Origin: Octopus sinensis | Lineage: Eukaryota | Assembly (NCBI RefSeq): GCF_006345805.1 | Contig: NC_043003.1 | Coordinates: forward strand, 114,142,001 to 114,206,000 | Length of the DNA stretch: 64,000 bases | Reading direction: 5' to 3' | Shown: one piece after another, positions 63,741-64,000 of the stretch | How positions within the stretch are numbered: the stretch's first letter is position 1 | How the letters are laid out: each line of letters starts with the position of its first letter | Program-made: the position numbers and the translations under genes | The notes under the pieces: model-generated | Told to the model about the DNA's origin: nothing | What the model saw: the letters and a program-made list of their open reading frames with translations, nothing else | Database searches by the model: none

Positions 63741-64000
63741 CGAGGGGCGTTCAATAAGTAATGCCCCTGACCCACTTCCCATAGCAGTAGAGCAACGAAA
63801 CTTGGCACAGTTATTAGTCTTTTTCTACATAGGAACCAACCAGAGTTACGCATTTCTACCATCGTTCGATGCAGCTCTGAAGACCGTTTTTGTAGAAGAC
63901 CCCAGCTTGGTCCTCCCACCACGACGTGACTTCAGAAATCAAGGATGCATCATCTGGGAAACGCTTTCCTTTCAAAAACAACTTCATGGCTGGGAAGAGG
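63741..64000 (-). mobile_element. Mariner element end (TIR plus transposase C-terminus), runs off the window
   Basis: TA|CGAGGGGCGTTCAATAAGTAATGC terminus; minus strand LFPAMKLFLKGKRFPDD...FYKNGLQSCIERW*KCVTLVGSYVEKD* ending at 63814. Confidence 0.85.

Noticed and set aside
1-64000. Numerous 60-230 aa ORFs rich in YI, HT, CV, poly-S, poly-L, poly-M or poly-T
   Set aside because: They are translations of di-, tri- and tetranucleotide microsatellites, with no domain content.

Overview
AT-rich, microsatellite-dense eukaryotic DNA made almost entirely of repeats. The SINE and LINE families resemble those of Octopus/cephalopod genomes (inference from sequence recognition, not a database search). 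I found no convincing host protein-coding exon, tRNA/rRNA gene or CRISPR array, and most ORFs in the track are microsatellite read-through. Recognisable content: several tRNA-derived SINE families (one forming head-to-tail multimers), decayed RTE and R4/Dong-type (RLE) non-LTR retrotransposons, mariner and maT/Tc1-like transposase relics, MITEs, Helitron-like pieces and two Penelope-like elements (PLEs). The most interesting signal is a set of hammerhead-ribozyme (HHR) motifs in small, mostly (TA)n-embedded elements. (i) A ~559-bp non-coding tandem array at 41953-43144 carries a complete minimal type I HHR in each full unit (retrozyme-like). (ii) A young 5'-truncated PLE at 56152-58862 has an ORF broken only at homopolymer runs and a canonical HHR in its 3' end. 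(iii) Two TSD-flanked inverted insertions (23.1-23.7 kb, 47.5-48.1 kb) carry a variant HHR. (iv) Several ~190-bp mini-elements carry core-variant HHR-like folds. All folds were done by eye, activity is untested, and many coordinates are approximate.
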